In this document: positions 17,296 to 26,178 of the stretch, one piece after another | Numbering within the stretch: the first letter of the stretch is position 1 | Layout: the number at the start of each line of letters is the position of its first letter | Source of the DNA: a bacterium | GTDB taxonomy: Bacteria > Bacillota_I > Bacilli_A > RFN20 > CAG-288 | NCBI GenBank assembly: GCA_963643715.1 | Contig: CAVILQ010000004.1 | Location: 10,955 to 74,954 of the forward strand | Direction of reading: 5' to 3' | Length of the DNA stretch: 64,000 nucleotides | Notes under the pieces: model-generated | Database searches by the model: none | What the model was told of the DNA's origin: nothing | What the model saw: the letters and a program-made list of their open reading frames with translations, nothing else | Made by a program: the position numbers and the translations under genes

Positions 17296-18468
17296 TTATT
17301 TCTTCAAGGTCAAGTAAGAGTCGACTCCAGTTTTCAGTCTACTAAGAGCATCATTTAAGATGGCCTTAGGACAGGCGACGTTCATGCGAACGAATCCGTT
17401 TCCGCCTTTTCCGTATACAGCACCATCAGCAAGAATCAATCCGGTTGTCTCTCTTAAATGTGTGACAAAGTCTTTGCTGTTTTCTGCGATTTTCCTTACA
17501 TCGATCCAAAGTAGGTAAGTGGCATCGGAAGGAGTAACAGAAAGAAGTGGAATGTTGTTCTTGAGGAAGAGACGGACTTCATCCTCATTTTCATAGAAGA
17601 ATGCGTTAGCTTGATCTAACCACTCTCTTCCGTCATTGAGTGCTGCAACTGTTACAGGACAGGCAAATATATTCGGTTCTGCAACTTCATCAGTGTTGAT
17701 CTGACGATTGACCTTCTTGTATAACTCCGGATTCGGAACAAAACATAGGGAAGTTTGAATTCCGGCTAAGTTGAATGGCTTTGTTACAGAAACACAGTTC
17801 ACGGAATTCATCTTATTGGTTTCGTTGACGGAGAAGAAAGGAATATATTTCTTCCCAGGTCTTGTGATGAATCCATGAATCTCATCACTGAGAACGATGA
17901 CAGAATAGCGATAAGCAAGTTCACCTAATTTGGCAAGCTCATCTTTTGTCCAGATTCTTCCGACAGGATTCGCAGGATTGCAGAAAATGATAAGAGAGGT
18001 ATTCTCTAAGGCGAATGCTTTCTCCAAACTTTCAAAATCAATCTTATAGTCATCGTCATCATGAATCAATTCAACTTCGAGAACCTTTCTGTTGTTGTTG
18101 ACGATGGAGTTGTAGAAAATGTTATAGACAGGAGAGAGGACAACGACATTGTCGCCTTCCTTGGTTAGTTTTCTTACCGAACTTGATATTGTCGGAACAA
18201 CACCGGTCGAAAACATCATCCATTCTTTTTCTAACTTGACGTTGTATCGATCAGAGAAAAATGAAATGTAAGCCTGATACCAGTCATCCATAGGTTCTGT
18301 GTATCCGTATATGCCTGATTCAGCTCTATTTAAAATAGCCTTTTTGATCTCTGGTGCGGTTTCGATATCCATATCTGCAATAGAAAGGGGTAACTCATTA
18401 TCTTTAACATCCCATTTTACCGAATCCGTGTGACGCCTTGAACTAGCGGTGTTGAAATCGTATTTCAT
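17296..18468 (-). CDS. PatB/MalY-type PLP-dependent C-S lyase / class I-II aminotransferase
   Basis: The N-terminus RRHTDSVKWDV...LPLSIADMDIETAPEIKKAI...GIYGY parallels B. subtilis PatB. 390 aa. Overlaps the upstream gene by 4 nt. Confidence 0.85.
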   Translation of the reverse strand: MKYDFNTASSRRHTDSVKWDVKDNELPLSIADMDIETAPEIKKAILNRAESGIYGYTEPMDDWYQAYISFFSDRYNVKLEKEWMMFSTGVVPTISSSVRKLTKEGDNVVVLSPVYNIFYNSIVNNNRKVLEVELIHDDDDYKIDFESLEKAFALENTSLIIFCNPANPVGRIWTKDELAKLGELAYRYSVIVLSDEIHGFITRPGKKYIPFFSVNETNKMNSVNCVSVTKPFNLAGIQTSLCFVPNPELYKKVNRQINTDEVAEPNIFACPVTVAALNDGREWLDQANAFFYENEDEVRLFLKNNIPLLSVTPSDATYLLWIDVRKIAENSKDFVTHLRETTGLILADGAVYGKGGNGFVRMNVACPKAILNDALSRLKTGVDSYLTLKK

Positions 18469-19319
18469 AAACGCTCCTTTGTGATGTATTCGACTTTAGA
18501 AGTATCAACGGAAAGGTCATCTTGAATCAACTCTTGAATGCCATAGGACTTTATTTTTCCTGAGATCGGATTCTTGACGGACTGGAGAGTAGAGCTGACA
18601 TCACAGTCGATGTTCTCACAGTATTCGAAGATGAGATCAGAATCTTCAATCACACAATCGATCATCACCAAATTCTTGATGTAACAGAATCCCTGATGAG
18701 AGATGATTTTGCAGTTCTTCATAACGATGTTCTTGCTATTCCAACCGAAATATTCTCCGATGATAGTCGAATTCTCGATATAGACATTCTCACAGTTCCA
18801 AAAAGCATCTTTGCTATTCAAAGTTGAATTGATGACTTTGATGTTTCTACCTCCATCCAGGAAATAGTTTCCGTTCAGTGTCAAAGAATCAACAGTTACA
18901 TTTGTAGAATCTTTCAAGAAGTAGTCTCCGTTCTCTGCCTTCACATTCTTTAAATAGACATCATTGCAGGTCCAAAGAGTCTCTTCCGCGTTTTTGAATT
19001 CGATGTCAGTCAACGAAATATCATGACACCTTCTAAAAAGCTTCGGGGCAATGATAAGACTGTTCTCAAACTTGGAATGGTTCGTATACCAGATTCCGCT
19101 TCTGCTCATCTCTAGGAAGGTTGAATCCTTGACAAGATGGTTATTTCCATACCACAAAGGATACTTCCATCCGAAAGTTGAATTTTCGACAATCAGGTTT
19201 CTTCCTTCCTTCAAAGGAGATTCACCATCGTCAAAAAGGCAGTCTTTTATAGTTGTGTCGTGACATTGAAAGAGGGCTCTCTCTCCTGTCAAATGCTTTT
19301 TTTCTATCGTATCATTCAT
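18465..19319 (-). CDS. Right-handed parallel beta-helix repeat protein (DUF3737-like)
   Basis: 284 aa of ~22-aa repeats rich in N-x-[TS]-[IVL] (LIVENSTF, LVKDSTF, NVTVDSLTLNGNYF, IKVINSTLNS, VYIENSTIIG, IVMKNCKIIS). The N-terminal GERALFQCHDTTIKDCLFDDGESPLKEGRN resembles the DUF3737 family as I recall it. Confidence 0.5.
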   Translation of the reverse strand: MNDTIEKKHLTGERALFQCHDTTIKDCLFDDGESPLKEGRNLIVENSTFGWKYPLWYGNNHLVKDSTFLEMSRSGIWYTNHSKFENSLIIAPKLFRRCHDISLTDIEFKNAEETLWTCNDVYLKNVKAENGDYFLKDSTNVTVDSLTLNGNYFLDGGRNIKVINSTLNSKDAFWNCENVYIENSTIIGEYFGWNSKNIVMKNCKIISHQGFCYIKNLVMIDCVIEDSDLIFEYCENIDCDVSSTLQSVKNPISGKIKSYGIQELIQDDLSVDTSKVEYITKERL

Positions 19320-19374
19320 AGTGCCTCCAAAAGGGTAGGTATATTATAATCGGAGTTTAAGAAAAGAAAATGAT

Positions 19375-20169
19375 TTAGTCTCCAATCAGTGTCTTTTGAA
19401 AGAGTTTTTCGGGTTCTCTTGGCTTGAAAACCGGAGATTTGTTTGGACGGTTTAAGAAGGAACGCAGTCTTTCATCTTCGCTCTTCTCAAAGACCTCATC
19501 GGGTGTTCCTTCCACCTGGATAACACCTTCATTCATGAAGATAACCTTGTCGGAGACATCTTTGGCGAAGGACATTTCATGAGTGACGACAATCATTGTG
19601 ACCTTTTCTCTGGCTAATTCTTTCATGACCTTGAGGACTTCCTGTACCATCTCGGGATCTAAAGCGGATGTAGGTTCATCAAAGAGGATGATTTCTGGAC
19701 TCATGGATAAAGCGCGTGCGATAGCAACTCTCTGCTTCTGACCGCCGGATAAGTCCCTGATTTTGAAATTGACACGGTCGGACAAACCGACTCTTTCTAG
19801 ATTTTCCAAAGCGATTTTCTTTGCTTCTTCTTTCTTTCTTTTCAAAATCAATGTTTGACCAATCATGCAGTTCTTTAAGACATTCATGTTGTTGAAAAGA
19901 TTGAAAGACTGAAAAACCATCTGCATCCTTTTATGGACATCTTTCTCACTGATGTCTTTGGAAAGGATATTCTTTCCTTCCAATAGGATTGTACCTGCCG
20001 TCGGCCTCTCCAAAAGACCGATGCAGCGTAGAAGGGTAGATTTTCCGCTTCCCGAAGATCCGATGATGCTGACACAATCTCCTTCATTTACGGTAAAACT
20101 GACGTCTTTGAGAACAACGGTATTTTCCGAGAAGGTTTTCGCTAAATGCTGTACTTCGAGTAATGCCAT
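19375..20169 (-). CDS. Polar amino-acid ABC transporter ATP-binding protein
   Basis: [29 protein letters not shown] and [13 protein letters not shown]. The true start MALLEVQHL at 20169 has GGAGG upstream and lies 1 nt after the permease stop. The ORF-track start at 20253 overlaps the permease. Confidence 0.9.
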   Translation of the reverse strand: MALLEVQHLAKTFSENTVVLKDVSFTVNEGDCVSIIGSSGSGKSTLLRCIGLLERPTAGTILLEGKNILSKDISEKDVHKRMQMVFQSFNLFNNMNVLKNCMIGQTLILKRKKEEAKKIALENLERVGLSDRVNFKIRDLSGGQKQRVAIARALSMSPEIILFDEPTSALDPEMVQEVLKVMKELAREKVTMIVVTHEMSFAKDVSDKVIFMNEGVIQVEGTPDEVFEKSEDERLRSFLNRPNKSPVFKPREPEKLFQKTLIGD

Positions 20170-20170
20170 A

Positions 20171-20950
20171 TTATGCCTCCTTCTTGTGGAAATGGAAAAC
20201 GAGGGATTTGAAATCAAACTTGATCTTCTTTCCGTCAAGCTTGAATTCGACACCCTTCAAAATCAAAGTAGCAATTACAGTGATTAAGAGGTAGATGATA
20301 GCGATGATGAGATAGGTAGCCATGTATTTGTAATTCTTGCTCGCGGCAGATTCAGCTGTGTAGAAGAGTTCACTGACTGCAATGACATTCAGAACAGAGG
20401 AGTCTTTGATGTTGACCACCCATTCATTTCCGATAGTCGGAATCGAATTGCGTAGAGCCTGAGGGAGCGTTACATGGAAAAGAGTTTCGAAGGAATTCAT
20501 GCCTAAGGACCTTGCGCCTTCTACCTGCCCTGGATCAATGCCGTTCAAACCGGAAATCACAATTTCTCCCATATAGGCGGCCGTATTGAAGGTGATGACG
20601 ATAAGACCAGCAATCAGCCAACCGTTGAAAGTGTCAACTCCCGGAAGAACATTGTTCCAGTTCAAATTGAAAAGAAGCTGACTTCCGTATTTGAAGATCA
20701 TCGCCTGAACCATCATCGGTGTGCCGCGGATGATAAGGGAATAGAGGAAACAAAAAAACTTGATTGGATATCGATAAAGAAGATGATACCAAGGATAGTT
20801 TTTCGTCTCCAATCTTTTTCCAAAGGCTAAGAAGACACCGAGAATCAATCCGCCAAAAGTGCCGATGACTGAGAGGATGACTGTCGATAAGGTGCCTTTG
20901 AGATAGAACTGCCAGTAATGGCTGATAAGATAGGAAAAATCGGAACTCAT
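20171..20950 (-). CDS. Polar amino-acid ABC transporter permease (HisM/GlnP type)
   Basis: 259 aa with 5-6 TM segments. EAA loop [33 protein letters not shown]. Confidence 0.9.
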   Translation of the reverse strand: MSSDFSYLISHYWQFYLKGTLSTVILSVIGTFGGLILGVFLAFGKRLETKNYPWYHLLYRYPIKFFCFLYSLIIRGTPMMVQAMIFKYGSQLLFNLNWNNVLPGVDTFNGWLIAGLIVITFNTAAYMGEIVISGLNGIDPGQVEGARSLGMNSFETLFHVTLPQALRNSIPTIGNEWVVNIKDSSVLNVIAVSELFYTAESAASKNYKYMATYLIIAIIYLLITVIATLILKGVEFKLDGKKIKFDFKSLVFHFHKKEA

Positions 20951-21831
20951 TCTTCGGCACTTCTTTCTACGGCTTCGTTCATCATTCTCGTTCTCTCTTC
21001 GGAAGTGATTGTGGATAAGACGTGGTTGACGGCGTCTTTCAGCCCGTCATTGCCTTTCTTAATTCCGATAGAGACACCAAGTTCAGCGAGATCGACTCCT
21101 AAGACAGACTGATCGACATGGATGATGCCAACGTTTTCCATAGATGCAACATACGCATTGGCAACAGGGAGTTCAACGGTTAATGCAAAGGCTAAACCTT
21201 GTTCAACATCTTTCGCTGCTAAACCATAAGTTGTCTGTCCAGAGACATGGATTGAACCATAAGCCTCTACAAAGGTGTCGATAATATCATCTTCAACTGT
21301 ATCCTTCTGGGAGATGACCTGCTTTCCGCTTAACAATACCTTTAAGTCGGCATCGGTCAGAACTTGGTCTTGGTACTGATCTGCCACATCCTTCTTGACT
21401 AATAATACGACTTCTGAACGGTAGTATTCATCGCTGAAGGAGATGGACTGTCTTCTCTCTTCCGTGTCGGTCATTCCGGCGATGATGAGGTTTGTATTTC
21501 CCATATTGCAGTCTTCGATAAGAGATTCCCACTGTTCCTTGACAATTTTGACATCCATGTTCATCTTCTCAGAGAGAATCTTGGCAATCTGGATGTCGTA
21601 GCCATCAGCGTATTCGTTATTGGAGATGGGAAGTGTATAGTCACTTGCTTTTGTTGTCGTCCAGTTGAACGGAGAATAGTTGCACTCCATTCCGATGACA
21701 AGTTCTTCGGCTTCGATTGTGTAGGAAGTTCCATCGATCTCGATGGTTTTGCTCTTTGCCGGTGTGGTTCCACAGGAGAAAAGAGTCGCAACAGAAAATA
21801 GGCATAACGGCAGTGTGTGTTTCAAAGACAT
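20947..21831 (-). CDS. Amino-acid-binding lipoprotein (family 3 solute-binding protein)
   Basis: Start MSLKHTLPLCLFSVATLFSCG (lipobox LFSC) at 21831, with GGGGGA 9 nt upstream. Type-II PBP pattern (GYDIQIAKIL, IIAGMTDTEER). Confidence 0.85.
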   Translation of the reverse strand: MSLKHTLPLCLFSVATLFSCGTTPAKSKTIEIDGTSYTIEAEELVIGMECNYSPFNWTTTKASDYTLPISNNEYADGYDIQIAKILSEKMNMDVKIVKEQWESLIEDCNMGNTNLIIAGMTDTEERRQSISFSDEYYRSEVVLLVKKDVADQYQDQVLTDADLKVLLSGKQVISQKDTVEDDIIDTFVEAYGSIHVSGQTTYGLAAKDVEQGLAFALTVELPVANAYVASMENVGIIHVDQSVLGVDLAELGVSIGIKKGNDGLKDAVNHVLSTITSEERTRMMNEAVERSAEE

Positions 21832-22075
21832 AAAAAAATGTCCCCCTTTCAATAGCCAGGTCGCACTAATTAGCGACCTCCTATGAAGTAAGGACTGCTA
21901 TCAATAGTGCCAACCGAAGTCTTGCTTCGGAGAGTACATAAGGTATTACCCTATGTCCCAACTCAACATTCTCTGACCAAAGAATGAAGGTTTCGGCGAT
22001 TCTTACCTTTCCTATCTTCCCAATCGGTCTTGGTGGAAGTAGTACTAATTTGTAATCGCTCCTCTATTCGATCTG
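21832..22075 (-). promoter_or_regulatory. Structured 5' leader with lysine-riboswitch (L-box)-like aptamer and a Shine-Dalgarno-sequestering helix
   Basis: The minus strand carries AGAGGAGCG (22065..22057), UAGUA, GAAAGG and UCGCCGAAA (21999..21991). Five helices can be drawn, with complementary loops ACCAA/UUGGU. The 3'-junction strings diverge from the consensus I remember (details in findings). Confidence 0.5.
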
Positions 22076-22216
22076 ACAAGGATAATCTATCAGTTTTCTC
22101 TATTCTCATCAATAATCATTTGTGAAAAACGAACAAAATCATCTATAAAAGCCCTTTCATTTCTTTTTCTTTACCCTTTTTTCGCTATACTATCTTAGAA
22201 AGAGAGAAACAGAAAC

Positions 22217-22723
22217 ATGAATACATTGATTGTTTATTTTTCACGAAGCGGTCAGAACTGGTTTGATGGTGAAATAAAGAATCTGGAGATTGGAAACACA
22301 GAGCAGATTGCTTGTTATATTCAGAAAGCAACAAATGGAGATCTATTTTCTCTTGAAATGGAAGAACCATATTCTTCTGATTATGAAACATGTGTCGGAG
22401 AGGCGAAGAATGATCAGTCACTCAATGTAGAAAGAAAATTGAAGAAGATGCCAGATCTTTCAAAATATGATGTCATTTATTTAGGATATCCGATTTATTG
22501 GGAAGATCTTCCTTCTCCTGTTATCACCTTATTAAAAAGCCTAGACTTCAAGGGAAAAACTATTTATCCGTTTTCTACTCATGAGGGAAGTGGATTAGGA
22601 GCAAGTATCTCTCATATCAAAGACTTAGCAAAAGGTGCAAATGTGTTAGATCCGCTTCCGATTCCTGGAAGCTTAGTCTCAAGAGCAGAGAACCGAGTTA
22701 AGAACTGGGTTGAGAAGCACTGA
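22217..22723 (+). CDS. Flavodoxin-family protein
   Basis: 168 aa. N-terminal LIVYFSRSGQN (FMN phosphate-loop-like), YLGYPIYWEDLPSPV and YPFSTHEGSGLG. Confidence 0.75.
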   Translation: MNTLIVYFSRSGQNWFDGEIKNLEIGNTEQIACYIQKATNGDLFSLEMEEPYSSDYETCVGEAKNDQSLNVERKLKKMPDLSKYDVIYLGYPIYWEDLPSPVITLLKSLDFKGKTIYPFSTHEGSGLGASISHIKDLAKGANVLDPLPIPGSLVSRAENRVKNWVEKH

Positions 22724-22770
22724 AATGAGAATAGGATAAACTCTTAGTTTCTCTGTAGTTTTTTCTATCC

Positions 22771-22998
22771 TTACAAAAACATTATGAAATATATCGGATA
22801 AAATGTTATTTTATCTTTCTTTTTAATCTCTCTTTCGTTACTTAAAACGTATCCTTTTTCCATTCCATAGTTGGAATCCATGATGATCTTTGGCAAAGCC
22901 CTGAAACTTTTATAATCTTTGCCTGATTTGATCTCTATCGGTAGAACGTTCAATGAATCATAGTCATCGATCAAATAATCGACTTCTTCAACCTTTTT
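22771..22998 (-). pseudogene. 3'-terminal remnant (~75 codons) of a DUF4143-type AAA ATPase gene
   Basis: The frame reads KKVEEVDYLIDDYDSLNVLPIEIKSGKDYKSFRALPKII..., the restriction-endonuclease-like C-terminus typical of DUF4143 ATPases. An in-frame TAA sits at 23001..22999, and no P-loop part is present upstream. Confidence 0.6.
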
Positions 22999-23006
22999 TT
23001 ATCGTA

Positions 23007-23094
23007 ATTTCCGCTTTTCCAACTTTTTTGCCATCATAATTTAACGGTTTTCCGACTTTTTAGATGCTGAAAATTTCCGCTTTTCCAACCTTTT
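23007..23094. repeat. Direct repeats AATTTCCGCTTTTCCAAC (x2, 65-nt period) flanking a related CGGTTTTCCGACTTTTT unit
   Basis: Identical 18-mers at 23007..23024 and 23072..23089, with a degenerate unit at 23045..23061. These are reverse-complement matches to 12001..12014 and 11961..11979. Confidence 0.65.
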
Positions 23095-23347
23095 AAGGTG
23101 ATTCGGCAGTGATTATCTTCAAATCTCAATGATATGAAGCCTTTGTTCATCTTAAGAGAAATAGGAGAGTTTCTGATTTTTGTTATCCTTTTATTTTGAC
23201 AAGAGGAAACATTTTTTAATTAGTGAATATAGGCATTGTTATATATACTCTTCCTATGTTCTTTATTTTTAATGATAGGTTTTGATATCTTTCCTTTTTA
23301 AAATAGTTGTAAGGGCTTCCTTAGTCCTGTTTTAGTGAGGTGACACC

Positions 23348-25825
23348 ATGAAAAAGAACAAATCATTTTTGCTTTTGCTTCCATTTCTCCTATTGTCCTC
23401 GGTAGGATGCAATGAAAAGGGGAATACTTCGAATTCTTCTACTACAGAACAGGGAAAGGATACGAGCGATAATCCCGTTTATAAGCCAACGGATGAAGAA
23501 TTATCTAAAGTGGATGATGTTTTCACCTATGATAATTTTATGAAGATGCCAGGAGGTCAGGAAACTGCTGATCCTTTTGTGTTTCGTTTCAACGGAAAAT
23601 ATTATCTTTATCCGACAACTAGTGGAAGAGCAGTGCGTTGTTATGTCTCTGACGACATGGTTAACTGGGAAGCATGCGATAATGGTATCAATGGTAGAGG
23701 ATTCTGCTACGAATATTCTACCGATGGTTCCTCTGCACCATCTAGTCAGATTCCTTTTGCACCGGAAGTGACCTATTTCAATGGATCATTCTATATGATT
23801 ATGTCTCCTAGCGGAAACGGACATTATATTCTGAAAGCGGATAATCCGGATGGCCCTTATTCCTGCATCACGGAAAATGTAGGAAGAAGCATCGATGGTT
23901 CTTTCTTCATCACCGATGATGAACGAATTTTGATGTATGGAGCAGGAAGCGGATGCATTCAGGCCTATGAATTAAATGATGATTTCACTGACTTCAGGAC
24001 GAATGATAACGGGGATTATTTCTCCGGCCCTATCGGTGCCTGCCATATGGGAGGCTGGAATGAAGGACCTTATCTTTTAAATAGATATGGTGAATACTAT
24101 ATGACATGGACCGGTACGAATTACATCAACAGGGATTACAGGGTTGATTACTGCTATGCAGAAAAAGGCAGCAATCTTCTTTCCTCTTCCTCTTTCACGA
24201 GAAAAAAGACAATTCTATTGGAAACCGGAGACTCCTTCTGGGGATTAGGTCATTCCTGCACTGTATTGGGACCGGATTTGGATTCCTATTACATCGCCTA
24301 TCACAATATGATTCCAGGAAGAACAAGATATCTCAATTTCTCCCGTCTCTCCTTTGATGGAACGAACATGGTCACGAACTATGTAAGACCGGATGACTGT
24401 GTCGGAAGTGATCTTCCTCCGTTCTATAGCGATGGAATTGAATCTTACGAGACAGTCGGAAAGTATCTCCTCTCTCCGACATCGACAAAGGATACATTCT
24501 CTGCGGAATTTACGACAATCGGAGAAGGAAAGATGATCTTCTCTTATCATGATGAGAGCAACTATTCTTATATTGAATTCATCAATAATACTCTGACGAT
24601 ACATAAGGTGGATCACAATACCGATGAAACGATTTCGGAAGCTGAACTCAACCATGAATTCGATACGGAGGTCTATCATACCTATCGCGTTCAGTATGAC
24701 AAAGGCAGGCTGATTCTCTATTTCGATAATATGCTGAAAGTCGATGATTCTGGCATTGAACTCACCGGAGGAAAAATCGGATATCCAGAATCTGATTTCA
24801 CGGATATCGGATATTCAGCCTATAGCAATGTTGCATTAGGAACCTCGGATGCGAAAGCCTATTCGGATGAAGTTTCCTTAGCAAGCAATTATGATCCGGA
24901 TTTATCCTATCTTACCAATGGTTCTGGAACAGAACTCATTGAATCGAAGAAGAACTACAACAATACAGGAGCTCACAATGTTGTACTGAAGAATGCAGGA
25001 GATTTTGTCACCTACCGCATGTACGCTCATAACGCAGAGAAATATGAGATATCTCTCCGCATTCCTAGCGATTATGTCTCCTCTAGTTTCCAGATCAAGA
25101 TCGATGGACAGGTCGAAGAAGAAGTGACATTGTCTGGGTCGGTTCCTAAGACAGAAGATGGAGATGCTTTAGTTCGTGTTGCAGACCTGGAGATTGAACC
25201 TGGTGCCCATAACATCACTTTTGTCAGTACCGGAGATGAATTGGCTTTTAATGAAATCCATTATGAAGAGGTCAATAGTTATGATGGCTATGACTTAGAC
25301 CTCTCTAATGATGATATCTCCTCTCTTACAGCAAGACGCGGATCCTATACTACAGTTGAACAGACGGACGATGGAATTCGAAGCGAAAATGAGGGTGCCT
25401 TTGGTTTACTTACCGATGGAGAATATTCCGATGCCACGATTGAAACTGATATGACAGTACATTCTATTGAGAATGATGGATATGCCGGAATTGTCATGAA
25501 TGTCAAAGACTATTCCATCGAAGAGGACGATGTCAATGATCCCAATAGCTATAACGGATATCAATTTGTCATTGCAAATGGTAAGGCACAGATGAACTAT
25601 GCCGACTTCAATTTCACAGGCCAGGTAAAAGCAGGAAAGTTCTATTATGAAGATGGAAAGACTTATCATTTGAAAGTCATTCAGCAAAACAACAACTATA
25701 AGTTCTATATCGATGATAAATTAGTCATCGATTGCTCTAGCAATATCGGAACCTTGAGAGGAAGAGCGGGAATCTTCTCTCATAATGCCGATGTCACATT
25801 CTCTACGTTGACAGTCAGGGAGTGA
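23348..25825 (+). CDS. Lipoprotein glycoside hydrolase family 43 with C-terminal beta-sandwich (CBM/LamG-like) domains
   Basis: Signal peptide plus Cys (LLLSSVGC). GH43 propeller motifs ADPFVFRFNGKYYLYPTTSG, FAPEVTYFNGSFYMIMSPSGNGHYI, IDGSFFITDD and WNEGPYLLNRYGEYYMTWTG. 825 aa. Paralogue of 44896..47163. Confidence 0.85.
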   Translation: MKKNKSFLLLLPFLLLSSVGCNEKGNTSNSSTTEQGKDTSDNPVYKPTDEELSKVDDVFTYDNFMKMPGGQETADPFVFRFNGKYYLYPTTSGRAVRCYVSDDMVNWEACDNGINGRGFCYEYSTDGSSAPSSQIPFAPEVTYFNGSFYMIMSPSGNGHYILKADNPDGPYSCITENVGRSIDGSFFITDDERILMYGAGSGCIQAYELNDDFTDFRTNDNGDYFSGPIGACHMGGWNEGPYLLNRYGEYYMTWTGTNYINRDYRVDYCYAEKGSNLLSSSSFTRKKTILLETGDSFWGLGHSCTVLGPDLDSYYIAYHNMIPGRTRYLNFSRLSFDGTNMVTNYVRPDDCVGSDLPPFYSDGIESYETVGKYLLSPTSTKDTFSAEFTTIGEGKMIFSYHDESNYSYIEFINNTLTIHKVDHNTDETISEAELNHEFDTEVYHTYRVQYDKGRLILYFDNMLKVDDSGIELTGGKIGYPESDFTDIGYSAYSNVALGTSDAKAYSDEVSLASNYDPDLSYLTNGSGTELIESKKNYNNTGAHNVVLKNAGDFVTYRMYAHNAEKYEISLRIPSDYVSSSFQIKIDGQVEEEVTLSGSVPKTEDGDALVRVADLEIEPGAHNITFVSTGDELAFNEIHYEEVNSYDGYDLDLSNDDISSLTARRGSYTTVEQTDDGIRSENEGAFGLLTDGEYSDATIETDMTVHSIENDGYAGIVMNVKDYSIEEDDVNDPNSYNGYQFVIANGKAQMNYADFNFTGQVKAGKFYYEDGKTYHLKVIQQNNNYKFYIDDKLVIDCSSNIGTLRGRAGIFSHNADVTFSTLTVRE

Positions 25826-25844
25826 AAAATCATTGAATCCCCCT

Positions 25845-25880
25845 AGAAAAGCCTCGTTTGTGCGAGGCTTTTCTCTTAGT
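25845..25880 (+). terminator. Intrinsic terminator after the first GH43 gene
   Basis: AGAAAAGCCTCG-tttgtg-CGAGGCTTTTCT, followed by a T-rich tail. Confidence 0.8.
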
Positions 25881-26178
25881 TGAGAGAATATAAAAACATG
25901 ATTTATCTTTTATGTCGAGGATAATCATTCTAAGTATTCATTCGTCAACAAGACAAAATAGATGATGAGATGGGAGAACAATGGAAACACCGAGTTTTGC
26001 CAAGAATATCGGAAAAACGTAATTGGATCCTATCTATCAGACTAACGTCATTCTTGTCCTTTATTTTTAATGTTTCAAAATGTAAGCCCATACAAATATA
26101 ATAAAGCCATATGGAAGGGGTTACCTGTGTCGCAATCTTCTGATGCGATACTCTTCCATTCAAGAAAGGATTACAGAT

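Noticed and set aside
23007-23094. Could the repeated 18-mers be a mini CRISPR array or a transposon terminal inverted repeat?
   Set aside because: There are only two identical units plus one degenerate unit. The unit length and spacing are irregular, no cas or transposase gene is nearby, and no flanking target-site duplication is visible. It is kept only as an unexplained dispersed repeat.
25945-26163. 72-aa minus-strand ORF in the spacer between the first GH43 gene and the 919-aa lipoprotein gene.
   Set aside because: It has no SD and no recognisable motif. It overlaps the likely promoter and RBS region of the downstream plus-strand gene and the spurious 5' extension of that ORF. It is most likely non-coding.
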